Shown here: piece after piece, positions 12,735 through 25,289 of the stretch
How the letters are laid out: the number at the start of each line of letters is the position of its first letter
Position numbering within the stretch: the first letter of the stretch is position 1
DNA from: Octopus vulgaris
Lineage: Eukaryota
NCBI GenBank assembly: GCA_951406725.2
Contig: OX597816.1
Location: 52,948,001 to 53,012,000, forward strand
Direction of reading: 5' to 3'
Length of the DNA: 64,000 nt
Translations under genes and position numbers: made by a program
Notes under the pieces: model-generated
What the model was told of the DNA's origin: nothing
Databases searched by the model: none
Seen by the model: only the letters and a program-made list of their open reading frames with translations

Positions 12735-13166
12735 AAAGACAGAATATTTCCATAGGTATAACATGACAGTAGCAAGCCTAGAGTGGAATATATGCAAGTG
12801 TTATAAAATCAGGACAGTTGAGAAGTGGTATGAACTTCAGCTAAACATGGTCTCTGACAAGAATGATGTCACCATCCTCCCTGATATGCCCATCGACATT
12901 GACAGAGAGATAAAAGCCAACAAGCCTGACATTGTTATCGAGAACAGGAAGAGCAGGAAGTAGATACTTATCAATATTGCAATGCCTTCTGAAAGAAACA
13001 TCTCTTTGAAAGTGAGTGTGAAGCTGACCAAGGTGCAAAGACCAAGAGATTAAAATCAATAGTTTGTGGAACATGAAGACCAAAAGAGAGGGAATGTAAA
13101 CGTTCACCAACATCAATATTTATGCAATCCAGAAGATCAAACTATTTGGAACAGCTCACATACAAG
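12735..13166 (+). pseudogene. R4/Dong-clade non-LTR retrotransposon fragment (REL endonuclease, C-terminus)
   Basis: Translation WNICKCY..KWYE..VTILPDMPIDIDREIKANKPDIVI..LINIAMPSERNI and IQKIKLFGTAHI, with stops and frameshifts. Confidence 0.8.
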
Positions 13167-13189
13167 GTATATTCTTTCTTTTATTCTTT

Positions 13190-13588
13190 TTTTATTTCTT
13201 TTACTTGTTTCAGTCATTTGACTGCGGCCATGCTGGAGCACCGCCTTTTTAGTCGAGCAAATCGACCCCAGGACTTATTCTTTGTAAGCCCAGTACTTAT
13301 TCTATCAGTCTCTTTTGCCGAACCGCTAAGTGACGGGGACGTAAACACACCAGCATCGGTTGTCAAGCAATGCTAAGGGGACAAACACACAAACATACAC
13401 ATATATACATATATATACATATATACGACAGGCTTCTTTCAGTTTCCGTCTACCAAATCCACTCACAAGGCATTGGTCAGTCCGGGGCTATAGCAGAAGA
13501 CACTTGCCCAAGATGCCACGCAGTGGGACTGAACCCAGAACCATGTGGTTGGTTAGCAAGCTACTTACCACACAGCCACTCCTACGCC
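13190..13588 (-). mobile_element. SINE family A (subfamily with AAGGCATTGG and GTTAGCAAG variants)
   Basis: Full-length match; variants shared with the 19.3-20.3 kb copies. Confidence 0.9.
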
Positions 13589-13589
13589 T

Positions 13590-13832
13590 CCAGAAGTATT
13601 AAGACTTTTTTCAGGAGAAACATTAATTATTTCGAAAAAGTACGAAACTCTAATCTCCTTCAAAGTAGGATTCTCTGACATCAATGCATTTGTTGTAGCA
13701 CTGCAGCCACTTCGTGAAGGCCCAATGTAAAGTTCTCCAAAGAGAAGGTGTCCAGAGCCTTTAACACACTTTCTTATATCTCATCCTTCAGCATGAGGAA
13801 CAATAAAAAAAAAGTTACAGGGAGAAAGATCG
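13590..13832 (-). pseudogene. 3' remnant of a second mariner transposase lineage
   Basis: Minus strand translates DLSPCNFF... and KWLQCYNKCIDVRESYFEGD*, a typical mariner C-terminus. Confidence 0.7.
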
Positions 13833-14334
13833 ATGAAGAAGAAGAAATTAAGATGAAAGGAATAAATTGACTCTAGACTTGAATAAGATCATGTCATAAG
13901 AAGAGGGAAAACAATGAAATGGAAGAGAGTTACAAGTCTGGTAGTTTAACCCTTTCATTACGATATTCTGCTGAGATCAACATTGTCTTTCATCCTTTCA
14001 GGATCAACAAACTAAGTACCAGTTGTGTACTGGGGGGAAAGGGTCGATCTAGTCGATAATGCTTAGTGGCATTTCATCCATCAAAATTCCAGCCCATGGA
14101 TCGAATGTAGAAATGACTGTTATTGGTGTTGTAGTTGTTATTGTGATAGCCGTTGCTGTTTCTGCAATTGTTATCGATATTCCTGTTGTTACTACTGCTG
14201 TTGTTGTTGTTGTTATTGATGATGATGATGCTAGTGTCACTAGAGTTATAGTTGCTGTTTAGCCTCAAGTCAACTCCAGCCAGTTGCACCTATAATCAAA
14301 GACAGTCAGGCAATGACCATACTGTGCCATTTAA

Positions 14335-14552
14335 CCCTTTCGCTACCGTATTTATTTTGAGATGCTCTATTTCTTTCAATTATTTTAAATATAAAAGAGA
14401 AATTAATAAAATAACTTAGTTATCATTCAGCTAGTGTTAGGAACATAAATTGTGACTAAGGTATGGTGGAAGATTTTAATACAAAACTGACGAAAATAAG
14501 ACAATTGTACTCAGAACCAGAGCCGGTTTCAGCTGGGTTGGTAACGAAAGGA
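14335..14552 (-). mobile_element. piggyBac-type MITE family 1
   Basis: TTAA flanks; reverse-complement match to the 7427 copy. Confidence 0.9.
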
Positions 14553-14565
14553 TTAAGGAAAAATG

Positions 14566-14971
14566 CTCTTTTACTTGTTTCAGTCATTTGACTGCGGCCA
14601 TGCTGGACCACTGCCTTCATTCGAGCAAATCAACCCCAGGATTTATTCTATGTAAGCCTAGTACTCATTCTATCAGTCTCTTTTGCCGAACCACTAAGTT
14701 ACGGGGACGTAAACACACCAACATCAGTTGTCAAGTGATGTTGGGTGGGGGACAAACACAGACACACAAACGTATACACATACACATACATATATATATA
14801 CATATATACGATGGGCTTCTTCCAGTTTCCGTCTACCAAATCCACTCACAAGGCTTTGTTCAACCCAAGGCTATAGTAGAAGACACTTGCCCAAAGTTCC
14901 ATGCAGTGGGACTGAACCCGGAACCATGTGGTTTGTAAGCAAGCTACTTACAACACAGCCACTCCTACACC
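14566..14971 (-). mobile_element. SINE family A
   Basis: Full-length match. Confidence 0.9.
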
Positions 14972-15339
14972 TACCATAGAAAGACTTTCTCATTCGTGGA
15001 AGCAAAACAGCATTAAAATACAGATACTGTGAGTTTTGAGTCAGGCAAGATAGCATGAAAGTGATCTGGAAATAAGAGTGAAAGTTCAACGAAATGTTTC
15101 CTGTGGTAATAACTAAAGAAATGACTAAAACTGGTAACATCACATCGATATGACAAGGGTTGCAGAGTTGAATCAAGAGAGGGACCAATCAAATTAGAGA
15201 AATAAGAAATATTGAATTTAAGAAGTAGTTACAAAGAGTTTTTTTTTTTTTTTTTTTGAAGAAAAAAAAACACAGAAGCATTGATTAATAATCTTTTGAA
15301 ATATATATGTACATATCATAACCCCCATACCAGAACTGA

Positions 15340-15549
15340 CCCTGCTTGTGCTGACACCATGTAAAAATCACTCAGCCCACTTTGTGGGGTGGTTGGTGTT
15401 AGGAAGGGCATCTAGCCATAAAACCCATGCCAAAACAGACACTGAAACCTAGTGCAGTCTTCTGCCTAGTCAGCTTCTGTCAAGCTATCTAACCCATGCC
15501 AGTATGGAAAGTGGACATTGATGATGATGATGACGATGATGATGATGAT
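15340..15549 (+). mobile_element. Family D retroposon 3' end, RTE-like, (GAT)n tail
   Basis: GGTTGGTGTTAGGAAGGGCATC...AACCCATGCCAGTATGGAAA then (GAT)n. Confidence 0.7.
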
Positions 15550-15676
15550 CTGTATAAATATTGTTCAAGATGTATGCATGAAGCACATTTCATGGTATTA
15601 TACATTCATGTGGAAACAGTTTCAAAAATCTAACTTATGTTTTTCAAGCTAAAGATTACATTACCTGTAGACTTAC

Positions 15677-15734
15677 ATCTATAGATAGAGAGATCATTTT
15701 AATATTATTTCCCTCGGCGTAAGTGCATGAAATA
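15677..15734 (-). other. Candidate 58-nt internal exon of an unidentified minus-strand gene
   Basis: Strong acceptor ttttttttcaatttcag and donor GAT|gtaagt, with a second donor CAG|gtaatg 12 nt further; one open frame, ISCTYAEGNNIKMISLSID; no recognised homology. Confidence 0.4.
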
Positions 15735-17189
15735 CTGAAATTGAAAAAAAACATAAGGTAAAAGAAACAATTTCTTATCTAAACCTCACTAGCAGAATTT
15801 TTTTCTTCCTTTTTTTTTTGTTCTTTGATATTCCATCAGCATAAAAATGAGAAAGAGGCAACACAGGAAACGCCTTTGTAAAAAGTAAGTGGAACTTTAT
15901 TCTAATGATTGGGTCATCTCAAAATTTGGTAAATGAAATTTTTTAAGGTTGCAAAGATACATCTATGGGATAAGACAGAACATAAAAAAGTAAAGGAATG
16001 TCTTATATTTGGAGTGTTGGTCATATGGAAGGTGGTAATACTGATGTTAGAGTGATGATGATGATGATGACAATAATGATGGATTGTATTTTGAATGCTA
16101 GTAATTATCGTAATTATAATCTGCCTGAATGTTAAGCCAACATTTTGGTGTATTGTTGATAAGCTTAATAATTAGATTCAAGAATTAGTTCAATCAATTG
16201 AAATATCATCTTAATGATAGGAATTCCTATAAGCAGGGCTAATTTTTTTTTAACAGTTAAATAAACAAATTAAAAGAAAATATTGTAATAAAAATCTTCG
16301 CCCATATTTCACTGGTAAATTCTTTGAATTCATGTCTGAAATATTCCAAAGTAATTAGAGCAATTGCTCACATTACAAAATTTCTCATAGCAAGAGAGGA
16401 AGAACCGAAATGTTCATATCAAGTTTTGACAGTCTGGTGAAAGAAAAAAAAATCAATGAAATTGAAATAGACTTGAAACGAACTACTTTTGAAAAATATT
16501 CTCAATGTTTGAAGATAAAATGTTGTTATGCCATTCAACATTAATTAAGTTTTGAATTGAATAATCAACGTACACATTACATTTGTTTGTTGTTGAAAGT
16601 ATGTCATATTTCTTTTTTTTTTGTTTAGTTTTCTTTTTCATTGTCCCAAATTAGATTGCAATAGGAGTAATTTTTACTACTTATAGATTTTTTTTTCCAA
16701 TTTTTTATTCAAATTTTCTAACAGTGTTTTCTTTTTCTTTAATTTTTTTTGTTTTTTACTTTTGAATAAGACAACCAATACTCTCAGAAGAATGAAATCT
16801 AATTTTGAAATTGCTAGTAATTATGATTATGTCATTCAACAGCATCTTTAATCTGACTTGTCGGCAACAGCAATAGCGTTCATCATCATCATCTTCACTG
16901 ATATCATCATCATCATTTTACTATTTACTCTCTATTCTGTCACTAGTTCTATACTGTACTGATGACAAAAATAATTTACAAGAGCCTGGTCTATTAGTAA
17001 ATTGATGTAGGTAGATTGAATGGGGGTAAGTCATTTAACTGTTTAGATAGTTTTAAATACCAAGTTTAAAATGAACAAATGGGGAGTTTCTATGCAATTG
17101 CTCAGCCTGTTACGAAGAGGGTGGAGGCATCAAATCATGCTCTACTGTCTTAAAAAAAACTTGAAATCATTCATCATCATCATCAGTGA

Positions 17190-17500
17190 AGGTGCATTGC
17201 TTAGTGGTTAGGGTATTCAGTTCACAATCATAAGGTCATGAGTTCAATTCCTGGGGACATGTCTTGTCCCTGAGTAAGACTTTATTTCACATTGCTCCAG
17301 TCCACACAGCTGGCAAAAATGAGTAGTAACTGTATATGAAAGGGCCAGCCTTGTCACATTCTGTGTCACGCTGAATCTCCCTGAAAATTATGTTAAAGGT
17401 ACAAGTGTCTGTGGAGTGCTCAGCCACTTGCATGTTAATTTCATGTACAGGTTTTTCTGTTGATTGGATCAACTTGTCCTCATAACCAACAGAGGCCATC
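17190..17500 (+). mobile_element. SINE family B (tRNA head plus CORE-like domain)
   Basis: TTAGTGGTTAGGG..GAGTTCAATTCC..TTGCTCCAGTCCAC..; same body as the 60617 copy. Confidence 0.85.
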
Positions 17501-18004
17501 GTCATCATCATCATCATCATTGTCGTCATCGTCATCATTTCGTTGTCTCCTTTACAAAGCTTGCATGGGGTGGACAGAATTTGTCAAGGCAACTTTTCCA
17601 TAGCCAGATGTCGCCAACCCTCATTTGCTTCCAAGTAAGGGAATATTTTCTCATGAATAAATGAAAAAATTTTGAAATGAAAGACACTGCTTGCATGGCA
17701 GAAACCCTCACAATTTATCATGCAATGTTGAGGCAAAGAGGCAGTAATACATACACAATACACACACACACACATACAAACATATATATATACCATGCTG
17801 TGTCACTTGACCATTCTTTCTGATTATGGATTTACTTAAAGAAGTCCCTCCTGGACATAATGAACCACAACAAATATCATTGATGAAGAACATTCTTCCA
17901 CTGCCCACCCTATACTTCTCTGATGAGAGAATACCCAACTTACAGAGTTTTCACTCAATATGATGCTCCGATAGCTGGGATACCCCAGAAACAGCTGTCT
18001 GAGA

Positions 18005-18226
18005 AGGTGGTGAGCTGGCAGAAATGTTAGCGCGCCGGGCGAAATGCTTAGCGGTATTTCGTCTGCCATTACGTTCTGAGTTCAATTTCTGCCAAGGTCA
18101 ACTTTGCCTTTCATCCTTTCGGGGTCAATAAATAAAGTACTAGTTATGCACTGGGGTCGATGTAATCGACTTAATCCCTTTGTTTGTCCCCTCTATGTTT
18201 AGCCCCTTGTGGACAATAAAGAAATA
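18005..18226 (+). mobile_element. SINE family C with an 18-bp TSD
   Basis: TSD AGAAACAGCTGTC(T/A)GAGA at 17987-18004 and 18227-18244. Confidence 0.9.
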
Positions 18227-19176
18227 AGAAACAGCTGTCAGAGACTATTTTTACCATTCATTATGTCGCTAAATTTTAGATTGAATTAAATGAAATTAAA
18301 TGTCCTTGTCCTGAATTGCCTAATGTATATACTTTAACCTATATATACATACATATATATAGGTTGGTCTTTCAGTTTTCATTTACTAAATTTATCACAA
18401 AGCTTTGGCCATCCCTGGGCAATAAGAGAAGATACTTGCTCAAAATGCCATTCAGTAGGACTGAACCGGAAACCAAGTAATTGGGAAGCATGCTTCTTAT
18501 CACAAGGTCACACTTGCATCTGTAATCACCATCTCAAAAAAAAAAAAAAAAAAGGAAAAAAGAGAGAATATTTTGGACATAGTAAACCCTGATATACAAA
18601 CAGGTGAAGAAATGACAGTTGATATGTCCTTCACAAACAAACCAGTGCCAAATCTCTAACACACTGGTTTTGGTATACCGAGAGGCAGCCTGTCCTTCAG
18701 TTACCTAAACTTGTACATGAATGTTTTGTGCTATTTTCAGTAATATTAAGCATGTCTAAAAACCAGAGAAACAGCCTGCTGCTCAAAGCACAATTACCTC
18801 ATGCATAAGTTATGAACATTAATATCTCAAGCATTCTGACATTAGAACAATTTTCTCTTCTTGATTGAATCACATGATGATAAATGAAATGTGCATCAGT
18901 CTTTATTAGTTATGATCCAGATATATATATGGCTGGTCTTACTATATTTCTAATTATTGCTTCATACATCTGTCACCAATAATTCTCGTTACATACTCTT
19001 ACAAACAAAAGCATTTCTCTAACATTCGTTTGCAGCCTTCCTATTTATACACACACTCACGCATAATATTCTGAGTAGTCTCTAACTTGTTCATTAAACC
19101 ACTTGCAAATTGCTATCATATAGGTGTGTGTATGTAAATATATATATTTGCATGTGTATGTATGTATATGTGCATG

Positions 19177-19220
<44 letters not shown>

Positions 19221-19242
19221 GTATATATAAACATACATACAT

Positions 19243-20081
19243 ACATATATGGGTGTGTGTGAAATAGATAGATAGATATATAGATAATCAACATTATCAT
19301 CTCCAGCATCATTGATGATATATACTCTTTTACTCTTTTACTTGTTTCAGTCATTTGACTGTGGCCATGCTGGAGCACCGCCTTTAGTCGAGCAAATCGA
19401 CCCTGGGACTTATTCTTTGTAAGCCCAGTACTTATTCTATCGGTCTCTTTTGCCGAACCGCTAAGTGACGGGGACGAAAACACACCAGCATCGGTTGTCA
19501 AGCAATGTTAGGGGGACAAACACACACACACAAACACACACACACAAACACACACACACAAACACACACACATATATATAAATATATATATACACATATA
19601 TACGACAGGCTTCTTTCAGTTTCCGTCTACCAAATCTACTCACAAGGCATTGGTCGGCCCGGGGCTATAGCAGAAGACACGTGCCCAAGATGCCACGCAG
19701 TGGGACTGAACCCGAAACCATGTGGTTGGTTAGCAAGCTACTTACCACAGCCACTCCTGCGCCTATATATATATATATATACACACATATACATATATGG
19801 GTGTGTGTGAAATAGATAGATAGATATATAGATAATCAACATTATCATCTCCAGCATCATTGATGATATATACTCTTTTACTCATTTACTTGTTTCAGTC
19901 ATTTGACTGCGGCCATGCTGGAGCACTGCCTTTAGTCGAGCAAATCGACCCTGGGACTTATTCTTTGTAAGCCCAGTACTTATTCTATCGGTCTCTTTTG
20001 CCGAACCGCTAGGTGACAAGGACGTAAACACCCCAGCATCGGTTGTCAAGCAATACTAGGTGGACAAACACAGACACACAA

Positions 20082-20140
<59 letters not shown>

Positions 20141-20297
20141 CATATATACGACAGGCTTCTTTAAGTTTCCGTCTACCAAATTCGCTCACAAGGCATTGGT
20201 CAGCCCAAGGCTATATCAGAAGACACTTGCCCAAGATGCCAAGCAGTGGGACTGAACCCGGAACCATGTGGTTGGTTAGCAAGCTACTTACCACACA
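19243..20297 (-). repeat. Tandem duplication of about 80 bp of flank plus a SINE A copy (unit about 550 bp)
   Basis: CATATATGGGTGTGTGTGAAATAGATAG...TTGATGATATATAC precedes both SINE copies (19324-19763 and 19872-20297). Confidence 0.9.
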
Positions 20298-21030
20298 TAT
20301 GAATATATATATCAGGGAGTGTGTGAGTGTTTATGCATGTGTGTGTGTGTGCCTGTGTGTGTGTGTGTGTGCATGCCTGAGCACTCACATGCATTATAAT
20401 AATATTTTTACTCTCCTAATTGATCATGTGCTTCACTACTGGTTGAAAATCATACCACACACACACGCACACACACACACACACACAAACACACATACGC
20501 ACATATATGAGAGGAGTTTAAGAATTTTAAATGATATTTGCTTACCAGAATATTCCCATATTTCCACATTAATTTCCTTTAGCCTTATGTCCCTTACTAA
20601 TCTTCAGATATAGATACGATTATAAACAATTACAACAAGGAAACTGAGAAATTTATGACCATAGCCAGTAGGTCACAGAAGACAGACTAAACATTATATT
20701 CATGCTTCTAATACATTTGTTTATTATGCAAACACAAACCTGCCACTTATTTATTGATAATGAATTTGTGAAGCTGAATACCATCATCATTATATCTATT
20801 ATTAAGTGTGCAGCTTCCATGCTCAGCAGCAACTGATGAACTGAAGAACTGTATCATGTTCCAAAGTCTACTTTGGTTTGATTTTTGCAGCTGAATGCCC
20901 TTCCTAATACCAATCACTTTACAGAGTGTACTGGGTACATTTTATGCATCACAAGTACTATGAAGAGCATATCATAACTTGCAAGGCTAAGAACCTAAAA
21001 TGGTCCCTATAACCAAGAGCAGAAATAATA

Positions 21031-21350
21031 TCTGTGACCGTCTTCAGTCACGACACAGACCATGGGATTGCACCTAGAAAGTTACCCTCCCAGGCATAAG
21101 TCCAGGCAAAGTTGTTTATGGAAGACCAGCAGTCCTCCATGCATACTGGCTTCCCCTCTCCACGCCACCAGTGTTATCCAAGGGAAAGGCAGAGGCCGGT
21201 ACAGATTGTCACATGTGACGTCGCAACTCATTTCTACAGCTGAGTGAACTGGAGCAACGTGAAATAAAGTGTCTTGCTCAAGAACACAACACGCAGCCCA
21301 GTCCGGGATTCGAGCTCACAACCTCATGATTGTAAGCCCAATGCTCTAAC
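21031..21350 (-). mobile_element. SINE with a family-B head and a different 3' half
   Basis: Minus-strand CORE-like head; flanking direct repeat TAACCAAGAGCAGAAATAATA at 21010-30 and 21347-67. Confidence 0.85.
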
Positions 21351-21762
21351 CAAGAGCAGAAATAATAGAAAGAAATAATAGAAATAATAGATGATTTTAG
21401 ACACTGGGGATGAAGGCAGATAAGTAAGAGGTAAGAAGTGATTTACAGTTGCAATAAGTTATGACATCTCATCATCTCACCTTATTCTTTTAAATATCAG
21501 TCTTCAGAAAATATGGTAAATAGGGACTACCCATAAAATAAAGCAATAAAAGCCAGGTTTGAGTATTCAAAACTGCTTTCAACATAATAAAAAAAAATAC
21601 GGTATGGTTATATGTGATGAAATTTTGGTCAATAAGCAAGGGAGACAACCTCCAGTGTTTCAGCCCTTTTACACATCATCAGTAAATGTATGGGCTAGCT
21701 TGATATTTACAAATGCATATTAAAATCATTTAATGATGCCTGGGGAGGTGATTAATAGTTAA

Positions 21763-22156
21763 TCTTTATATATAAAAGTGAAGTTGTGTGTCTGTCTCCT
21801 ACGATTTAGATTCCTAACTACTCCCACATTTTGCGGTGCAGTGTAACCAAAAGCAGGTATCTTATAGTCGTGATTCATATCGAGCCCTTCTGGGTATTAG
21901 CATGCATCTACGATGAGTCTACGATTTAAAAAAAAATTTACCATAATTTTTTCCCATTTTTAATGCATTTTTTTGCTATTATATAAGGGAAGTAACTCTC
22001 TAAAAATGTATTATTAAATCTCAGAACGTAAAAAGCTACAGTAACACCCCCTTTGTGGTTAGCCATATTGAGATGGCTATTATACTTTACATCTCTAAAA
22101 ATGCTTATATAGTTATTTCCCTTACAAACCCGAGCAATGCCAAGCGATACTACTTG
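21763..22156 (+). mobile_element. Non-autonomous Helitron, copy 1
   Basis: A|TCTTTATATATAAAAG start, decayed 3' hairpin, CTTG|T end; homologous to 35123-35520. Confidence 0.85.
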
Positions 22157-22159
22157 TTG

Positions 22160-22472
22160 CATTATAAAGAGATACTGTCTAATGGCACAGTGAGATTTCT
22201 GCTGCCTGAGATGGCTTTTGAGTTTGGCACACCTCTCCTATGAAAAATGCAGCATGATACATATATGAAGGACCAAAGTATCATGCAGGACAAAAACGGC
22301 TTTATCAATTGCATTCTCACCTGGAATCGATTTTTGTAAATTTTTAAAGACTTATATACGGCCTGGTACCGTCGGTATCTCCATATCAAATTTGAGTGCA
22401 ATCGGATGGAGGATGCCAAAGATCCTAGAAGACACACACACAGACAAACAGAACGGACTTTATATAATAGAT
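22160..22472 (-). mobile_element. Probable second Helitron-type element (5' portion)
   Basis: Minus strand starts ATCTATTATATAAAG...TGTTTGTCTGTGTG...CCGATTGCACTCAAATTTG; 3' end not resolved. Confidence 0.45.
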
Positions 22473-22501
22473 AAGTTATAATCTGATTTATTCAGTTGAT
22501 C

Positions 22502-22655
22502 TGTGATATCACTATCATTTTAATATCATTGTAGTGTTGCATGTATTTTACATGTTTATACATGATTAAGGTTATTTAAGATGACTACCAGTTTCATGTT
22601 GGAGACTTTGGATATTCAGTTACATTAAGCATCAAATGGTGACTATGGCTTTACT
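22502..22655 (+). repeat. 5' LTR of the Gypsy element
   Basis: First 92 nt align without gaps to 27801-27892 at 70/92 identity (hand count). Confidence 0.75.
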
Positions 22656-22719
22656 TAGATAAACCCAGTATAGCACAACTGCATCACTAAATGCTGATAA
22701 TGAACTCACAGTTAACAGC

Positions 22720-23260
22720 CTAAATATGATGAAAGCTTGGTTGCAATGTCTTACTGCTACAGCAAAGATTTTTAAAAAAAACCTTTCTGGGTGCTAATGA
22801 TTATAAACAAGGAATGAATTTGATTTTATCAAAAGCTGGTATGATAGCCATATATAAACAGGTTCTATAATGATAAAACCTTTGGAAAGTAAAATTATGA
22901 ATTTTGGTGGTGCTCCAGCATGACCACAGCTGAAACAGATGAAAGAATAAAACAGTAAAAACGTATAATATCTTATATAATGTCTTTAACTTGTCTCTAA
23001 AAGAAATTAAAAATCTGAAAGGATCATATTCTGTAAAATCTGACTGAATCATTTCAAAGTTATTCTCAAAGATTACATGAATAAGGTTGTATATGAATTT
23101 AAAAATAACTGAAACTAAAAGACGTAGTGAAGAAGGTGATATGATTTAAGTGAGATGCATAGATAATATACATTCATCTGCACATCCTATAAAAGAATTA
23201 GAATGTTCAATAAGCTGAAGCTTAGTTCATGCTTTAAATTCATTAAACAGCTTGAAGCAA
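22720..23260 (+). pseudogene. Gypsy gag remnant
   Basis: Segments AWLQCLTATAK, MNLILSKAGMIAI and ESFQSYSQRLHE, with stops. Confidence 0.5.
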
Positions 23261-23338
23261 CTTCTAAATTTCAGCTGATTGAAACAAACTAAAAAATAAA
23301 AAAGTGGTGGGGGTGACCTTGATGATATCACTGCATTA

Positions 23339-23727
23339 GGCATAGGAGTGGCTGTGTGGTAAGGAGCTTGCTTACTAACCACATGGTTCCGGGTTCAGTC
23401 TCACTGAATGGCACCACGGGCAAATGTCTTCTACTATAGCCTCGGGCCTACCAAAGCCTTGTGAGTGGATTTGGTAGACAGAAACTGAAAGAAGCCTGTC
23501 GTATATATGTATGTGTGTGTATATGTTTGTGTGTCTGTGTTTGCCTCCTAACATCACTTGACAACCAATTCTGGTGTGTTTATGTCCCCGTAACTTAGCA
23601 GTTCAACAAAAGAGACCGATAGAATAAGTACTAGGCTTACAAAGAATAAGTCCTGGGGTCGATTTGCTCGACTAAATGCGGTGCTTTAGCATGGCCACAG
23701 TCAATGACTAAAACAAGTAAAAAGAGT
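23339..23727 (+). mobile_element. SINE family A, nested in the Gypsy element
   Basis: Full-length match. Confidence 0.9.
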
Positions 23728-24438
23728 TTTAAAAAATGAGGGTATTATATATTGATAGAAAAATAAATATAAATTGGATTCTAAATGTCACTTATGTGAA
23801 TATAAACATGCACACCATCAAAATATCTTACATGTATTAAAAGTGGAAAGAAGAAATATATCCAAGCAATAAGCAAATCTTCCAAAATGGGGTGAGGAAA
23901 ATGAAGACATTGAAAATGAAGATTCTACAAGATTTTATGAATAAAGCATAAAACCAATTCAGCAATCTTTGTGAGATTCAATAACGTTAACATGAAGATA
24001 TACGTTTAATACTGGCAGTCAGGCAACACCTTAGAATTTCTGGAAGAATTTCAATAGGCCAAACTTAAGAAAGTTTAATCTCAAACGAAGGCAATTTGAT
24101 AGATTACTCATTGAAATTTTTGGGAAGTTTACTGCATTAATTGTAACTAAGAGAATAAATATTGTTAGCATGAGTGTTACTGGATATAAAACAAAAATCA
24201 TGGCATGTTTGGTATGGAATGTGATGAATGTTAATAGTTTCGTGTTAATTCATGAGAATAAAGTTCCAGAACATTTTGGGAGCTTAAGAGGTTTTAAGGC
24301 TAACATTTTTCTCAGCTGATCTATTAGGTCATGTTAAGTCAAGGTACAACCATTACCAATACACATTAAATCATTAGTCATATGAGGAAGCTAATTAATG
24401 AATGAGGTTTTAGAAAAATTCCTCCCAGTGGTTGAATA

Positions 24439-24960
24439 CCTTAAATCCTCGAGTATAATCCGCATTTTTTCCCAAAATTTAAAGGTCAAAATCCCTAGTG
24501 CATACTATATACGAGGTTAAAAAATGAAAAATATTTTCTAAGCAATATCTGAGTTTCTATTTGCTGTCCGGCAATGTTTAGTCAGATGCATTTTGTGATG
24601 TCAGGCACAAAAATACCTTAAGCTAAGCCTGAAAGCAATGAAGTCATAACAGAATCATCCATAACTTGCAGTAAGCAACGTTTATTAAAATAAAAGCATT
24701 CAGAACACAGAATAACATGTAACAAAAACAATTTGCAAACATATTTACATTCTCATATAACAATTAAGAACATCACCATTATTGTATTATGCATGCGTGG
24801 AAGTGTTTGTTCGACTAGGTGCTGTTGGCTTAATTACGCACAACTCAAGTTTGAGAAGGGGTGCATATTATACACAAGGTTTAGGTTTTTCAGAGGTACA
24901 GCCCCCTAAAAATCCCCTGCATATTATATTCAAGGGCGGACTATACTCGAGGATTTATGG
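24439..24960. mobile_element. Tc2/pogo-type non-autonomous DNA transposon, nested in the Gypsy element
   Basis: TA TSDs; TIRs CCTTAAATCCTCGAGTATAATCCGC and GCGGACTATACTCGAGGATTTATGG; subterminal TGCATA(C/T)TATA repeats. Confidence 0.85.
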
Positions 24961-25004
24961 TAGCTGGATATCTAAGAATACTGGGTGGGTATAGAGCATG
25001 TATT

Positions 25005-25285
25005 TTATCCTTTATTTGTTTCAGTTATTGGACTACGGCCATGCTGGGGCACCACTTTGAGTGGTATAGTCAAACAAATCAACCCCAGTACATATTTCGT
25101 AAGTCTGGTACTTATTCTATCAGTTATTTTTGCTGAACCACTAAGGTATGGGGATGTAAATAAACCAACACCAGTTGCCAAGTGATTGGGATGGGATAAA
25201 CACAAACAGAAATATATACGACAGGCTTCCACACAATTTCTATTGATAAAATTCATTCACAAGGCATTTGTTAACCTGGGGTTGT
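25005..25285 (-). mobile_element. Older partial SINE family A
   Basis: GCCATGCTGGGGCACC...GTACTTATTCTATC...ACGACAGGCTTC. Confidence 0.75.
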
Positions 25286-25289
25286 GCAA

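Noticed and set aside
21645-21690. Minus-strand CTGATGA...GAAAC hammerhead-like spacing
   Set aside because: No helix II or helix III pairing and no NUH triplet in position; at most a decayed remnant.
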